DNA of 64,000 nucleotides from a virus. Its lineage: Duplodnaviria > Caudoviricetes. The translations under genes and the position numbers were made by a program. The notes beneath the pieces are model-generated. The model did not search any database, was not told the origin of the DNA, and worked only from the letters and a program-made list of their open reading frames with translations. Each line of letters opens with the position of its first letter. The stretch's first letter is position 1. The stretch spans positions 14,153 through 78,152 of IMG/VR virus record IMGVR_UViG_2718218211_000001; one strand, written 5' to 3'. Shown piece by piece: positions 28,937 to 38,869 of the stretch.

Positions 28937-30142
28937 TTAGGCCTGTACCAACGCTTCAGTTTCTGTGAGTGAGGTTTGATAGCATTTTACTGCCTCAGCA
29001 AAGGCTTGCGCGGCATCTGCATTTGATACCATATATTCTTCAGTTACCCCTGTTTGAGAATGGAAAGTAATATTTCCATAAATGCAAATAGGGATTTGGT
29101 AGTTGTCTTTAAATCGACGGTCTGGTGAGCCATTCTTATTCGCTTTCGCCCATGTATACCCATCTATGCTTGAGTCACTAGGAATACCTTCTTCCTCATG
29201 GAATCTTCGATATTCTGAACTAATTTGTAATTCGCGTAAATCAATCAGAGCGAATGCCCCATCAGCTCGTGGTATGACTGCAACTCCAGGATAAAGCAAA
29301 ATATCGTCGCCATTCACATTTTCAAACCGCATCGCGCGCCCTGTGAATTGAATGAGATCCGTTGAACTGAAATCAAAGGTAACTGGATGACGATTAACAG
29401 AACGGGTTGCTAATGTTCTTTCGGCAAACTGGTCTGTAGCTTTATCTGCAGTAATATCCCATTTTTTGACACTCGATTTTAACATATCAAATGCACGGAC
29501 CATCGCTGCATATGCGCGCTGTGATGTATCACTGCTCTCGAATGTTATGGCTATTTTTGTGTTGTCTTCCCAGGATACTAGGCGAGATATCTCTACTTGG
29601 GTTAGGGGGAGTACTGTCTCAAGTTCTGCGATGCGTCGTTTGTAAAACCAACGGAATAGACTTGATTTGCGTCGAACCAGCTCGCTCTTTTGTTTTGATT
29701 CTTCAGCAAGAGCCTCTTGTAGATCTGCTTTTATCTCTGCCCTTTGTTCTCGCGCTTTAGCAATCAAATCTCGTAAAGGTAAAAGGGAGGTGCTTGTCAG
29801 GACTTCTACCGAAGCGCTGGATATTTCATTCATGCCAGCCATTGGCATATATATTTTAGCGTTCGATGGTGTGTTACTTGGGGATGCCTCGGGCATTCCC
29901 AAATGAGGTTCTGTAGAGGCCGGATTTAATGGATTGGTAACTGAGCACCCGCCATCATAGGGCAGGGTAGGTGTAGTATAAGATAAGCCTGTGCCTGGTA
30001 GTCCGACGGTCGCTCTGACCCCTTTTTTTCCAACATTGACAGTTGCGCCAGGCACGCCAATGCTTGCGCTTATTCCACGCTTGCCAATGTTGAGCCTAAC
30101 GCCAGGAAACAAAGTAAAGGTTTGTCTGAAACGAAGAGACAT
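28937..30142 (-). CDS. DUF4236 domain protein
   Basis: RFRQTFTLFPGVRLNIGKRGISASIG...GLPGTGLSY N-terminus; NKNGSPDRRFKDN. Confidence 0.8.
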   Translation of the reverse strand: MSLRFRQTFTLFPGVRLNIGKRGISASIGVPGATVNVGKKGVRATVGLPGTGLSYTTPTLPYDGGCSVTNPLNPASTEPHLGMPEASPSNTPSNAKIYMPMAGMNEISSASVEVLTSTSLLPLRDLIAKAREQRAEIKADLQEALAEESKQKSELVRRKSSLFRWFYKRRIAELETVLPLTQVEISRLVSWEDNTKIAITFESSDTSQRAYAAMVRAFDMLKSSVKKWDITADKATDQFAERTLATRSVNRHPVTFDFSSTDLIQFTGRAMRFENVNGDDILLYPGVAVIPRADGAFALIDLRELQISSEYRRFHEEEGIPSDSSIDGYTWAKANKNGSPDRRFKDNYQIPICIYGNITFHSQTGVTEEYMVSNADAAQAFAEAVKCYQTSLTETEALVQA

Positions 30143-30284
30143 AAAGTTATCCCTATGTAGTTTTGTTCACCAAAGTTCGAAATGTTTTTATATGAACATT
30201 GCGCTGATACAAAAGCTTATCCTTTCCTTAGCTCATCTTCATACTGCCATGATACAGCGGTTTGCTTGCTGGTGAAGAAAAACG

Positions 30285-30309
30285 AAAAAGCCCGCATAAG
30301 CGGGCTTTT
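30285..30309. terminator. Bidirectional intrinsic terminator
   Basis: AAAAGCCCGC-ataa-GCGGGCTTTT. Confidence 0.75.
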
Positions 30310-30436
30310 ATGTCACTCGGGAGCCGCGGCTCCTTTGCGTATCCTTTTTTGTCCCCTCACCGTCTGGTCGGTGTCTTGCTGAGACTGCTAACTTCCTGTT
30401 ATTGCTAGCGATGTCCTATCACTGTCCAATCATGAT

Positions 30437-30481
30437 TGGTGGAGCTGGCGGGAGTTGAACCCGCGTCCGAAATTCCTACAT
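30437..30481 (-). ncRNA. ssrA: 3' fragment of tmRNA; att site of the P2-like prophage
   Basis: Minus strand ATGTAGGAATTTCGGACGCGGGTTCAACTCCCGCCAGCTCCACCA; TGCCGCCA arm-like direct repeats at 30576 and 30587. Confidence 0.9.
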
Positions 30482-30598
30482 ACCATTTTTAGTATAGTAA
30501 AAACAGTGTATTGCGTTTAAAAACAGCGAGTTAGTATTATTCAGTGTTCGTCCGTTTTACGCATTTTTAATGCCCTGCCGCCAAAATGCCGCCATAAA

Positions 30599-31624
30599 TT
30601 AGCGTTTCCAATTGAGGTTGTGAAGCGGGTTTTTTGTCACTGCGTCTTCGAGGTGGTCAGGGGCAAAGTGAGCGTAAACCATCGTCATTTTTATATCTGC
30701 GTGGCCCAGAATATCGCGCAGTACCAGTATGTTTCCGCCGTTCATCATAAAGTGGCTGGCGAAGGTATGGCGCAGCACGTGGGTACATTGGCCTTCTGGT
30801 AGCTCAATACCAGCTCTTTTTACTGCACGCTCAAAAGCTTTTCTGCATGGCGTGAATAGCTTTCCTCTGTTTTTGGGGAGTTCGTCATACAGATCCTGAG
30901 ATATTGGCACGGTACGGTTTTTCTTGCCCTTCGTCTTGGTATAAGTGATGCGGTATTTTGATAGCTGATGGCCCTGCAGGTTTTCAGCTTCACTCCATCG
31001 GGCGCCAGTTGCCAGGCATACTTTTGCAATCATCAGCAAACTGGGACTCTGAGAATCAGCACAGGCATCCAGTAGACGTTTAATTTCTTCCGGTGCCAGG
31101 AACGCCAGTTCGCCCTCTGCGATTTTGAATGTTGGTAGCCCAGCGAGCGGGTTGGGTGCTGACCAGTGGCCCAGCTTTTTCAGTGTGCCAAAAACAGATG
31201 ATAGGTTACGTTGTTCAAGGTTTACCGTACGGGGCTTAACTGGCGACATAAGCACGCCATCTTCATTTTTTACTTCACCTTTTAACCGTGCTTCCCTGTA
31301 TTTCGTAAAATCGCCTGCGGTTAACTCTGAGGCAATGGGATCGCCCAAGCCATTACAAATAATGCTGAGTTTTGCCATCAGGCGTTTGGGGTCTGCCAGC
31401 GTCTGCCCATAAAGTGAATGCCACTGATCAATCACTTCTGACAAATGCCGCCGATCTTCCTTCTCCCCCAGCCACGGTTTTTTGTTCACCTCATCCATGG
31501 TGTGGTTTTCGAATGCTATGGCCTCGCCTTTAGTCGCAAATTGCTTGCGTACACGTTTGCCATCCCGTCCGTTCGGGTAGCATTCACACAACCATTTTCC
31601 GTTAGGTTGTTTTCTGATGCTCAT
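30599..31624 (-). CDS. int: Tyrosine integrase, 186/P2 family
   Basis: TGARWSE, HVLRHTFASH, LGHADIKMTMVYAH catalytic motifs. Confidence 0.95.
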   Translation of the reverse strand: MSIRKQPNGKWLCECYPNGRDGKRVRKQFATKGEAIAFENHTMDEVNKKPWLGEKEDRRHLSEVIDQWHSLYGQTLADPKRLMAKLSIICNGLGDPIASELTAGDFTKYREARLKGEVKNEDGVLMSPVKPRTVNLEQRNLSSVFGTLKKLGHWSAPNPLAGLPTFKIAEGELAFLAPEEIKRLLDACADSQSPSLLMIAKVCLATGARWSEAENLQGHQLSKYRITYTKTKGKKNRTVPISQDLYDELPKNRGKLFTPCRKAFERAVKRAGIELPEGQCTHVLRHTFASHFMMNGGNILVLRDILGHADIKMTMVYAHFAPDHLEDAVTKNPLHNLNWKR

Positions 31625-31627
31625 AAG

Positions 31628-32260
31628 TTAGAGGCTCTTGATTACTTTGACTGCACGCCCGATAGCTTCAATGTCGTCGACCGAGCATTCAAATGATGTT
31701 TCATCTTGGTGAACTACAATTTTGTTGCCTGGAATGCGAGCGATTTTGACGATGCTTTTAACTCCGTCCATATCGACTAACCAGAAGCCATTACTGACTT
31801 GTTTAACAGACGTATCCACAACAAAGCTATCAGTAGCTGTTTTTACAAATAAAGAGTTGGATGAGTCACCATCGAGCAGTCTGCTATCAAGAAGAATTTC
31901 ATCACTTGGCTGCAGTTCACCGTTCTTCAGTTCAACATGTTTGATGCTAGGAGCAACAATTTTAGAAAGTGGTCTTACCGTGACGGAGGTTTCGTTTTTG
32001 AGATTTCTTTCTTCGTTCTCACACGCATACATATCTCCTTGTCCCGTAGCCAGCCATAGAAGGGAAATTCCTGTTTCAAGAGCGCATTGAATTACCCATT
32101 CAGCAGGGAAACTATCCCTTAAGTATCTGTTAGCCATAGTGCTTTTTGATACTTCCAGATGTTCGCAGAGCTGCTGTCGTGAGCTGAAATTGTAAGCCTT
32201 AATAAGCCTGTTAATCGCATCGCGCCCACCACTATCATTCCCCGCCTTGATTAAACTCAT
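31628..32260 (-). CDS. cI: 186-type CI repressor
   Basis: HTH ...STMANRYLRDSFPAEWVIQCALETG.SL.WL.TG. Confidence 0.9.
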   Translation of the reverse strand: MSLIKAGNDSGGRDAINRLIKAYNFSSRQQLCEHLEVSKSTMANRYLRDSFPAEWVIQCALETGISLLWLATGQGDMYACENEERNLKNETSVTVRPLSKIVAPSIKHVELKNGELQPSDEILLDSRLLDGDSSNSLFVKTATDSFVVDTSVKQVSNGFWLVDMDGVKSIVKIARIPGNKIVVHQDETSFECSVDDIEAIGRAVKVIKSL

Positions 32261-32271
32261 AATCAAACCTC

Positions 32272-32300
32272 TTGACGTATATAAAAAGTGATCTTAATAT
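32272..32300 (+). promoter_or_regulatory. Early lytic promoter (pR-like)
   Basis: TTGACG-17 bp-TAATAT between cI and apl; AAAC repeats downstream may be Apl sites. Confidence 0.65.
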
Positions 32301-32376
32301 CCATTCATGGTTTGAAAAGCAAAACCAAACCACATAAAACAAGATAAAACGAACCCAAACTAAGAGATACTGCACT

Positions 32377-32616
32377 ATGAGTACTGATATTTCAATTCGT
32401 GTACCAAAAGAGATGGCAACGCCTGCTGAGTTCGCGGAGTGGGAAGGTATCTCCCGTGGCTCTGTGTATCAAAAAATTCACCATGGTCAGCTTGCTAAGT
32501 ACATGGTGAAGAAAGAAAAAAATAAAGGACGTGTAAGCCTGCGGTACCTGATGTACAAAACCGACCAGGTTCGTGAGTCTCTTGGTCATTCCAACTTCCG
32601 CGTCATTGTTGGTTAG
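32377..32616 (+). CDS. Apl/Cox-like excisionase-regulator
   Basis: Small wHTH divergent from cI. Confidence 0.75.
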   Translation: MSTDISIRVPKEMATPAEFAEWEGISRGSVYQKIHHGQLAKYMVKKEKNKGRVSLRYLMYKTDQVRESLGHSNFRVIVG

Positions 32617-32651
32617 TAAGTTCGATTATGAGAACTTTCTAAGGGGCTTGC

Positions 32652-33161
32652 ATGTTTGATTATAAGATTTCCAAACATCCACACTTTGACGAAGCCTGCC
32701 GGGTTTTCGCGCTGCGTCACAACATGGCGAAGCTGGCAGAACGCGCGGGAATGAAAGTCCAGACGCTGCGTAACAAGCTGAACCCGGAACAACCGCATCA
32801 GCTCACGCCGTCGGAGATCTGGCTGCTTACCGATCTTACTGAGGACTCTACGCTCGTTGACGGTTTTTTGGCTCAGATTCACTGCCTGCCATGCGTACCG
32901 ATGAACGAAGTGGCAAAAGAGAAGCTGCCACATTATGTCATGAGCGCTACTGCTGAAATCGGACGTATTGCTGCCGGTGCTGTATCGGGTGATGTGAAAA
33001 CTACTGCAGGCCGCCGCGATGTTATCAGTAGCATCAACTCTGTTACTCGCTTAATGGCACTGGCTGCCGTTTCCATACAGGCACGTTTGCAGGCTAACCC
33101 GGCGATGGCAAGCGCGGTGGATACCGTGACGGGCCTCGGCGCTTCATTCGGTCTGATCTGA
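32652..33161 (+). CDS. cII: 186-type CII activator
   Basis: MFDYKISKHPHFDEAC...QTLRNKLNPEQPHQLT. Confidence 0.9.
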   Translation: MFDYKISKHPHFDEACRVFALRHNMAKLAERAGMKVQTLRNKLNPEQPHQLTPSEIWLLTDLTEDSTLVDGFLAQIHCLPCVPMNEVAKEKLPHYVMSATAEIGRIAAGAVSGDVKTTAGRRDVISSINSVTRLMALAAVSIQARLQANPAMASAVDTVTGLGASFGLI

Positions 33162-33168
33162 GGTGGCT

Positions 33169-33402
33169 ATGCTGACTAGAGAACCATCTTTTGCATCACT
33201 TCTCGTTAAGCAAAGCCCAGCAATGCACTACGGTCACGGCTGGATTTATTTACCTTGCGGAAAAAAGTGGCATCCATGTATTGAACTGTCTCCCCGGCAG
33301 CAGGCTGTCCGGGGAATAGGTAAAAAGAGATTGCTACAACGTCTAAGTTTTAACGTGGCAGGCATCCTGCAAACCAGGCGAAAAGCTTTTCCTGGAAGCT
33401 GA
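33169..33402 (+). CDS. Fil-like protein, C-terminus probably replaced by an insertion
   Basis: PSFASLLVKQSPAMHYGHGWI...WHPC. Confidence 0.7.
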   Translation: MLTREPSFASLLVKQSPAMHYGHGWIYLPCGKKWHPCIELSPRQQAVRGIGKKRLLQRLSFNVAGILQTRRKAFPGS

Positions 33403-33808
33403 GCTTAGTGTCGTCAGACCGACCACATGCAATAGCTGCTCTTTTGTAGGCTGGATTTAACAAAGAACCGAAAGGTGCGGAATCAGAGTGATGCAGTGTT
33501 TTCAATTTTTGTGCAATCAGTTCCGGGGTCAATTCATCCCCAGCATAAAGCAATTCACCGTACTGACGGCTTTGTACGCTAGCACGCTCGGAAATAATTG
33601 CGGGTTGCCACACAAGTTGAATTGTTGCGATTACAACAACGGGCAAAGCGAATACCCATTCCAGCCCGGTATCGGCTATGACAGCAGTACCGCTAATAAT
33701 CTGAATAGCAGTCATCAATTTGTCAGCCCTACCGTGAAGTGTCGCTGTCATAAGCTCAAGGTAATAGCAGTAATGCAACTGGAAATATTCGGAGCTTTGT
33801 TTAGTCAT
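33350..33808 (-). CDS. Two-TM membrane protein, SLATT-like (152 aa)
   Basis: Two hydrophobic helices, then P...ERA....RQY..LL; AGGA RBS. Confidence 0.7.
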   Translation of the reverse strand: MTKQSSEYFQLHYCYYLELMTATLHGRADKLMTAIQIISGTAVIADTGLEWVFALPVVVIATIQLVWQPAIISERASVQSRQYGELLYAGDELTPELIAQKLKTLHHSDSAPFGSLLNPAYKRAAIACGRSDDTKLSFQEKLFAWFAGCLPR

Positions 33809-33817
33809 GCCGGATTC

Positions 33818-33898
33818 CTATTTTTTATCTTGCCCCGGTTCTGGCTTAGGTGCAGGGGCAGGACGAGGCAATACATGGAAGTTGTCAGAGTCTGACAT
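33818..33898 (-). CDS. 26-aa Pro-rich peptide MSDSDNFHVLPRPAPAPKPEPGQDKK (not in ORF track)
   Basis: AAGGAG RBS; extended -10 TGgTAGACT at 33940-33948; stop 9 nt before the next ATG. Confidence 0.65.
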   Translation of the reverse strand: MSDSDNFHVLPRPAPAPKPEPGQDKK

Positions 33899-34027
33899 CA
33901 GGTTTCTCCTTCGAGGGGTAGGTGATTGTTGGCGCAAATAGTCTACCACTAAGGCACGCGCCGGGCGTGTGAAAAAATTCCCGGCACAACTTCAAATAGG
34001 TATATGTACGACGAGATAGGAGGGAGA

Positions 34028-34369
34028 ATGGCTATTGATGGCCCGGTGGCGACAGTTCCACTAAGCCCCGGCAAACGCCTGGATGGGTTGAATCATATTG
34101 CTGAATTACGCGCAAAAGTGTTCGGCCTGAATATTGAGTCGGAGCTTGAAAGGTTCATTGAAGATATGCGCGACCAAAGGGATGTTAACAATAAACAAAA
34201 TGAGAGGGCACTGGCAGCCATATTCTATATGGCAAAGATTCCAGCAGAACGTCATAGCGTCAATATTAGTGATCTGACTACTGACGAAAAGCGGGAACTG
34301 ATTAAAGCAATGAATCATTTTCGTGCAGTGGTGAGCTTATTTCCAAAACGGCTAACCATGCCGAATTAA
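34028..34369 (+). CDS. Conserved P2/186 early protein (DUF5347-like)
   Basis: GLNHIAELRAK...ERALAAIF; GGAG RBS. Confidence 0.7.
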   Translation: MAIDGPVATVPLSPGKRLDGLNHIAELRAKVFGLNIESELERFIEDMRDQRDVNNKQNERALAAIFYMAKIPAERHSVNISDLTTDEKRELIKAMNHFRAVVSLFPKRLTMPN

Positions 34370-34436
34370 CCCACAACAGAAATTAATGGCGTAAACCCGC
34401 CGGGCTTCTTATTGCCCAAATTCAGGAGAAACAACA

Positions 34437-34670
34437 ATGCGAAATATTGAAACCCGTATCACTAAAACCGGACCAGATGATGCTGGCCTTAATCAGCTGC
34501 TGACTGATGCGCGCATGGAAGAACGCCGTGGACGCGCTGATTTGATGGCAGCACGTCTGGACTCTTTGGCTGCCCATATCGTGTCACGTCAGCTTAACCA
34601 CACGGAAGCGGCTGAGCTGCTGCGTCAAGAAGCGGTGAAGATTCAGAACGAAGCGCAGGAGATCCACTGA
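34437..34670 (+). CDS. DUF2732-like P2 early protein
   Basis: LLTDARMEERR...EAAELLRQEA. Confidence 0.7.
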   Translation: MRNIETRITKTGPDDAGLNQLLTDARMEERRGRADLMAARLDSLAAHIVSRQLNHTEAAELLRQEAVKIQNEAQEIH

Positions 34671-34897
34671 TGGCTGATTCAATGGACCTCGTACAGCAGC
34701 GCGTTGAAGAAGAACGCCAGCGCCACATCCATACCGCCCGCAATAAAACGCCGGGCGTTTCCCGTGTTCTCTGCATTGATTGCGATGCACCGATCCCGCC
34801 AGCACGCCGCCTCGCCATTCCGGGCGTGCAGTGCTGCATCACCTGTCAGGAAATAGCAGAGCTGAAAGGCAAACACTACAACGGAGGTGCTGTATGA
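34670..34897 (+). CDS. TraR/DksA C4 zinc-finger protein
   Basis: CIDC...IPPARR..IPG...CITCQ. Confidence 0.9.
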   Translation: MADSMDLVQQRVEEERQRHIHTARNKTPGVSRVLCIDCDAPIPPARRLAIPGVQCCITCQEIAELKGKHYNGGAV

Positions 34898-35751
34898 GCA
34901 CCATCCTGAAATGGGCGGGTAATAAAACCGCCATCATGGCAGAACTGAAAAAACACCTCCCAGCAGGCCCGCGACTGGTTGAACCTTTCGCGGGTTCATG
35001 CGCTGTGATGATAGAGACAGACTATCCTCATTATCTTGTCGCGGATATTAATCCAGACCTGATTAATCTCTATCAGGTGATTAAGAATGATGTTGAATAC
35101 TTCATCAAAGAGGGCAGATATCTTTTTGAAGCCCGTAATGATCCAGAGGCATATTATAAGACGAGACAGGAGTTTAACTTGCGCCATGGTGGCGCAATTG
35201 AACGGGCATTGTATTTCTTATATTTAAATCGCCATGGTTATCGCGGACTGTGTCGCTATAACTTGGACGGTTATTTTAATGTTCCTTACGGTAATTATAA
35301 AAAGCCGTACTTCCCTGAAAACGAAATACGTGCATTTGCAGAAAAAGCAAAACGCGCAACGTTTATCTGCGCCAGCTATGACGAGACACTGGCACTGCTG
35401 CAAACGGGTGATGTTGTCTATTGCGATCCACCATATGACGGCACGTTTAACGGATATCACACAGCTGGTTTTACAGAGAATGATCAGTTCCATCTGGCGT
35501 CTATTCTTGAACGCCGGTCATCAGAAGGTCATCCGGTTATCGTGTCCAACAGCGATACGTCTCTGACCCGTTCACTTTATCGTGATTTTACTCGCCATCG
35601 TATAACCGCTAAGCGCAGCATGGGCGTGGCTGCCGGTGATAGTAAAACTGCAGTAGAAATCATCGCCACAAAATCAGCATGCTGGTTTGGTGTTGATTTG
35701 GCGTCTGGTCCTGATATCTCGGTGGAAACTGAGGTGCGGGCGTGGCAGTGA
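34894..35751 (+). CDS. dam: DNA adenine methyltransferase (orphan phage Dam)
   Basis: LKWAGNK, EPFAGS and DPPY motifs. Confidence 0.95.
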   Translation: MSTILKWAGNKTAIMAELKKHLPAGPRLVEPFAGSCAVMIETDYPHYLVADINPDLINLYQVIKNDVEYFIKEGRYLFEARNDPEAYYKTRQEFNLRHGGAIERALYFLYLNRHGYRGLCRYNLDGYFNVPYGNYKKPYFPENEIRAFAEKAKRATFICASYDETLALLQTGDVVYCDPPYDGTFNGYHTAGFTENDQFHLASILERRSSEGHPVIVSNSDTSLTRSLYRDFTRHRITAKRSMGVAAGDSKTAVEIIATKSACWFGVDLASGPDISVETEVRAWQ

Positions 35752-38171
35752 GTAAATTCACATTACATAATGCACCAACCACCGGCGGTTCGAATGAGGC
35801 CGCCGTGGTCTTTCCATGGAATACCCCAAAAAAAGCGGTTAACCCGTATCTGGACCCGGCGGAAGTTGCGCCGGAGTCTGCGCTTTCAAACCTGATCGCT
35901 CTTTACGCTGCGGATAACGAGCAGGAGCAGTTGCGCCGTGAGACGCTGAGCGATGAGGTCTGGGAACGCTATTTCTTCAATGAATCCCGTGATCCTGTCC
36001 AGCGTGAAATAGAGCAGGATCGGCTGATTAGCCATGCCAAAACGGCGCGTGAGCAGCAGCGTTTTAATCCCGATCTGGTCATTATTGCCGACGTGGGCGC
36101 CCAACCGGCGCATATCAGCAAGCCGCTACTTGAACGGATTAAATATTTCCATAGCCTGGGCAGATCAAAAGCTTATTCCCGCTACCTGCGCGAAACAATC
36201 AGGCCGTGTCTTGAGCGGCTGGAGCGCGTGCGTGACAGCCAGGTGTCTGCGTCTTTCCGGTTCATGGCGAGCCACGACGGGCTGGAGGGGCTGCTGGTAC
36301 TCCCTGAAATGAATCAGAATCAGGTCAAACGCCTATCCACGCTGGTTGCGGCACATATGAGCATGTGTCTTGATGCGGCCTGCGGTGATCTGTTTGTCAG
36401 TGACGATGTTAAACCAGAAGAAATCCGCCAGGCATGGGAAAGGGTTGCTGCAGAAGCCATGCGCCTTGAGGTCATTCCGCCAGCCTTTGAGCAGTTGCGC
36501 CGCAAAAAGCGCCGCCGTAAGCCGGTGCCTTATGAACTGATCCCACCGTCGCTGGCCCGTATGCTGTGCGCGGACTGGTGGTGTCGCAAATTGTGGCAGA
36601 TGCGCTGCGAGTGGCGGGAGGAGCAGTTGCGCGCCGTCTGCCTGGTCAACAAGAAAGCCTCACCGTATGTCAGCTATGAAGCCGTGATCCACAAACGCGA
36701 GCAGCGCCGCAAATCGCTGGAGTTCTTCCGCTCGCATGAGCTGATCAACGAAGACGGCGACACGCTGGACATGGAAGACGTGGTGAACGCCAGCAACAGC
36801 AACCCGGCGCACCGCCGTAATGAAATGATGGCCTGTGTTAAGGGGCTGGAGCTGATCGCGGAAATGCGTGGAGACTGCGCGGTGTTTTATACCATCACCT
36901 GCCCGTCACGCTTCCACGCAACTCTCAACAACGGCAGGCCTAATCCGAAGTGGACCAGTGCCACGGTCCGGCAGAGCAGTGACTATCTGGTTGATACATT
37001 CGCCGCTTTCCGCAAGGCCATGCACAAGACCGGGCTGCGCTGGTACGGCGTCCGCGTTGCAGAGCCGCACCATGACGGCACCGTGCACTGGCATCTTCTG
37101 TGCTTTATGCGCAAAAAAGACCGTCGTTCCATCACCGCGCTGCTGCGTAAGTTTGCCATCCGTGAAGACCGCGAGGAGCTGGGCACCAATACCGGGCCGC
37201 GCTTCAAGTCCGAGCTAATCAACCCGCGCAAGGGCACGCCGACAAGCTACATCGCCAAATACATCAGTAAGAACATCGACGGGCGCGGGCTGGCTAAAGA
37301 AATCAGCAAAGAAACCGGCAGACCACTGCGTGACAGCGCCGAGCATGTCAGCGCCTGGGCGTCGCTGCACCGTGTCCAGCAATTTCGTTTCTTTGGTATT
37401 CCGGGGCGTCAGGCATACCGCGAGCTGCGCTTGCTGGCAGGTCAGGCGGCGAAAGTACAAGGCGAACGCAAAGCGGGTGCGCCGGTACTGGATAATCCGC
37501 GTCTGGATGCGGTACTGGCAGCTGCGGATGCAGGTTGCTTTGCCACCTACATCATGAAACAGGGCGGTGTACTGGTTCCCCGCAAACATCACCTTGTCCG
37601 CACAGCTTATGAGCTTAACGACGAACCGAGCGCCTACGGCGATCACGGTATCCGTATCTATGGCATCTGGTCCCCGATTGCAGAGGGCAAGATTTGCACG
37701 CACGCGATGAAGTGGAAAAAGGTTCGTAAGGCCGTTGACGTTCAGGAGGCGGCAGCCGACCAGGGCGCTTGCGCCCCTTGGACTCGTGGCAATAACTGTC
37801 CCCTTGCTGAAAATTTGAACCAACAGGAGAAAGATAAATCAGCTGATGGGGGCACCAGAACGGACATTACCCGCATGGATGACAAGGAATTGCACGATTA
37901 CCTGTACAGTATGAGCAAAAAAGATCGCCGGGAGCTGGCAGCAAGGTTGCGCCTAGTTAAACCGAAAAGGCGTAAAGACTACAAACAGCGAATTACAGAT
38001 CATCAGCATCAGCAGCTCGTCTATGAACTGAAGTCCAGAGGATTTGATGGCAGCGAGAAAGAAGTCGATTTGCTCCTTCGCGGTGGCAGTATTCCATCAG
38101 GAGCAGGCCTGCGTATCTTCTATCGGAACCAGCGTCTGAAGGAAGATGATAAGTGGCGGAACCAGTATTAA
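35742..38171 (+). CDS. Rolling-circle replication protein A
   Basis: [11 protein letters not shown] (HUH) and [12 protein letters not shown]. Confidence 0.95.
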   Translation: MAVSKFTLHNAPTTGGSNEAAVVFPWNTPKKAVNPYLDPAEVAPESALSNLIALYAADNEQEQLRRETLSDEVWERYFFNESRDPVQREIEQDRLISHAKTAREQQRFNPDLVIIADVGAQPAHISKPLLERIKYFHSLGRSKAYSRYLRETIRPCLERLERVRDSQVSASFRFMASHDGLEGLLVLPEMNQNQVKRLSTLVAAHMSMCLDAACGDLFVSDDVKPEEIRQAWERVAAEAMRLEVIPPAFEQLRRKKRRRKPVPYELIPPSLARMLCADWWCRKLWQMRCEWREEQLRAVCLVNKKASPYVSYEAVIHKREQRRKSLEFFRSHELINEDGDTLDMEDVVNASNSNPAHRRNEMMACVKGLELIAEMRGDCAVFYTITCPSRFHATLNNGRPNPKWTSATVRQSSDYLVDTFAAFRKAMHKTGLRWYGVRVAEPHHDGTVHWHLLCFMRKKDRRSITALLRKFAIREDREELGTNTGPRFKSELINPRKGTPTSYIAKYISKNIDGRGLAKEISKETGRPLRDSAEHVSAWASLHRVQQFRFFGIPGRQAYRELRLLAGQAAKVQGERKAGAPVLDNPRLDAVLAAADAGCFATYIMKQGGVLVPRKHHLVRTAYELNDEPSAYGDHGIRIYGIWSPIAEGKICTHAMKWKKVRKAVDVQEAAADQGACAPWTRGNNCPLAENLNQQEKDKSADGGTRTDITRMDDKELHDYLYSMSKKDRRELAARLRLVKPKRRKDYKQRITDHQHQQLVYELKSRGFDGSEKEVDLLLRGGSIPSGAGLRIFYRNQRLKEDDKWRNQY

Positions 38172-38264
38172 TTACGCGGGTTAACAATTCGTGCTCTTAA
38201 TAATACCAGGCATATCAGGCTGATGAACGTAAAAAACGTTTTACATCAGTAAGATTATTATATA

Positions 38265-38280
38265 CTGTAAATATAAACAG
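38265..38280. promoter_or_regulatory. LexA box
   Basis: CTGTAAATATAAACAG; weaker adjacent site ending at 38295. Confidence 0.85.
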
Positions 38281-38323
38281 TGGTTATGTGTACAGTATTG
38301 CTTGTGGTGTCATAGGAGGAAAG

Positions 38324-38512
38324 ATGCAGGACTATTTTTTGGAGTCTTTGAAGCTCCAGCGCATTGATTTTTTTCTTAAGCTTGTAGCGGCTAGTGAGTG
38401 TAGTGATGAAGAGAAGGGGCTGGCCCTGCAGTGGGTTTCTGAACTGACAGATGAACTCATGGCAAAAATCAGAACCCACGAATACAACCGCTCAATGGAT
38501 GTCATCAATTGA
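38324..38512 (+). CDS. Tum-like SOS antirepressor
   Basis: First gene of the LexA-boxed operon after A, as in 186/Fels-2. Confidence 0.6.
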   Translation: MQDYFLESLKLQRIDFFLKLVAASECSDEEKGLALQWVSELTDELMAKIRTHEYNRSMDVIN

Positions 38513-38522
38513 GGTGACTTTT

Positions 38523-38756
38523 ATGCGCATTGAAATAATGATCGATAAAGAGCAGAAGATTAGCCAGTCTACCCTGGACGCCCTTGAATCCGAGCTTTAC
38601 CGCAATCTGCGCCCCCTGTATCCCAAAACGGTAATTCGTATCCGCAAAGGTAGCTCTAACGGTGTGGAACTGACCGGATTGCAACTGGATGAAGAAAGAA
38701 AACAAGTGATGAAAATTATGCAGAAGGTGTGGGAAGACGACAGCTGGCTACATTGA
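38523..38756 (+). CDS. DinI-like protein
   Basis: MRIEIMIDK...MQKVWEDDSW. Confidence 0.8.
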   Translation: MRIEIMIDKEQKISQSTLDALESELYRNLRPLYPKTVIRIRKGSSNGVELTGLQLDEERKQVMKIMQKVWEDDSWLH

Positions 38757-38869
38757 TTTTGTCAATAGACGCTTGTTTTTACTAATCAAAAAGGGTTACA
38801 TATGAGTGAGAGGCGATGTCAATCAGATATCGCCTTGTTTTTCGTCAAGAAAAGAATAATAGGCTAAAA

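Noticed and set aside
28880-30481. Functional tRNA-Pro and tmRNA genes
   Set aside because: Only 3' fragments are present; they are att-site remnants
34894-35751. Methyltransferase as part of an R-M system
   Set aside because: No adjacent endonuclease; orphan dam is standard in Fels-2-like phages
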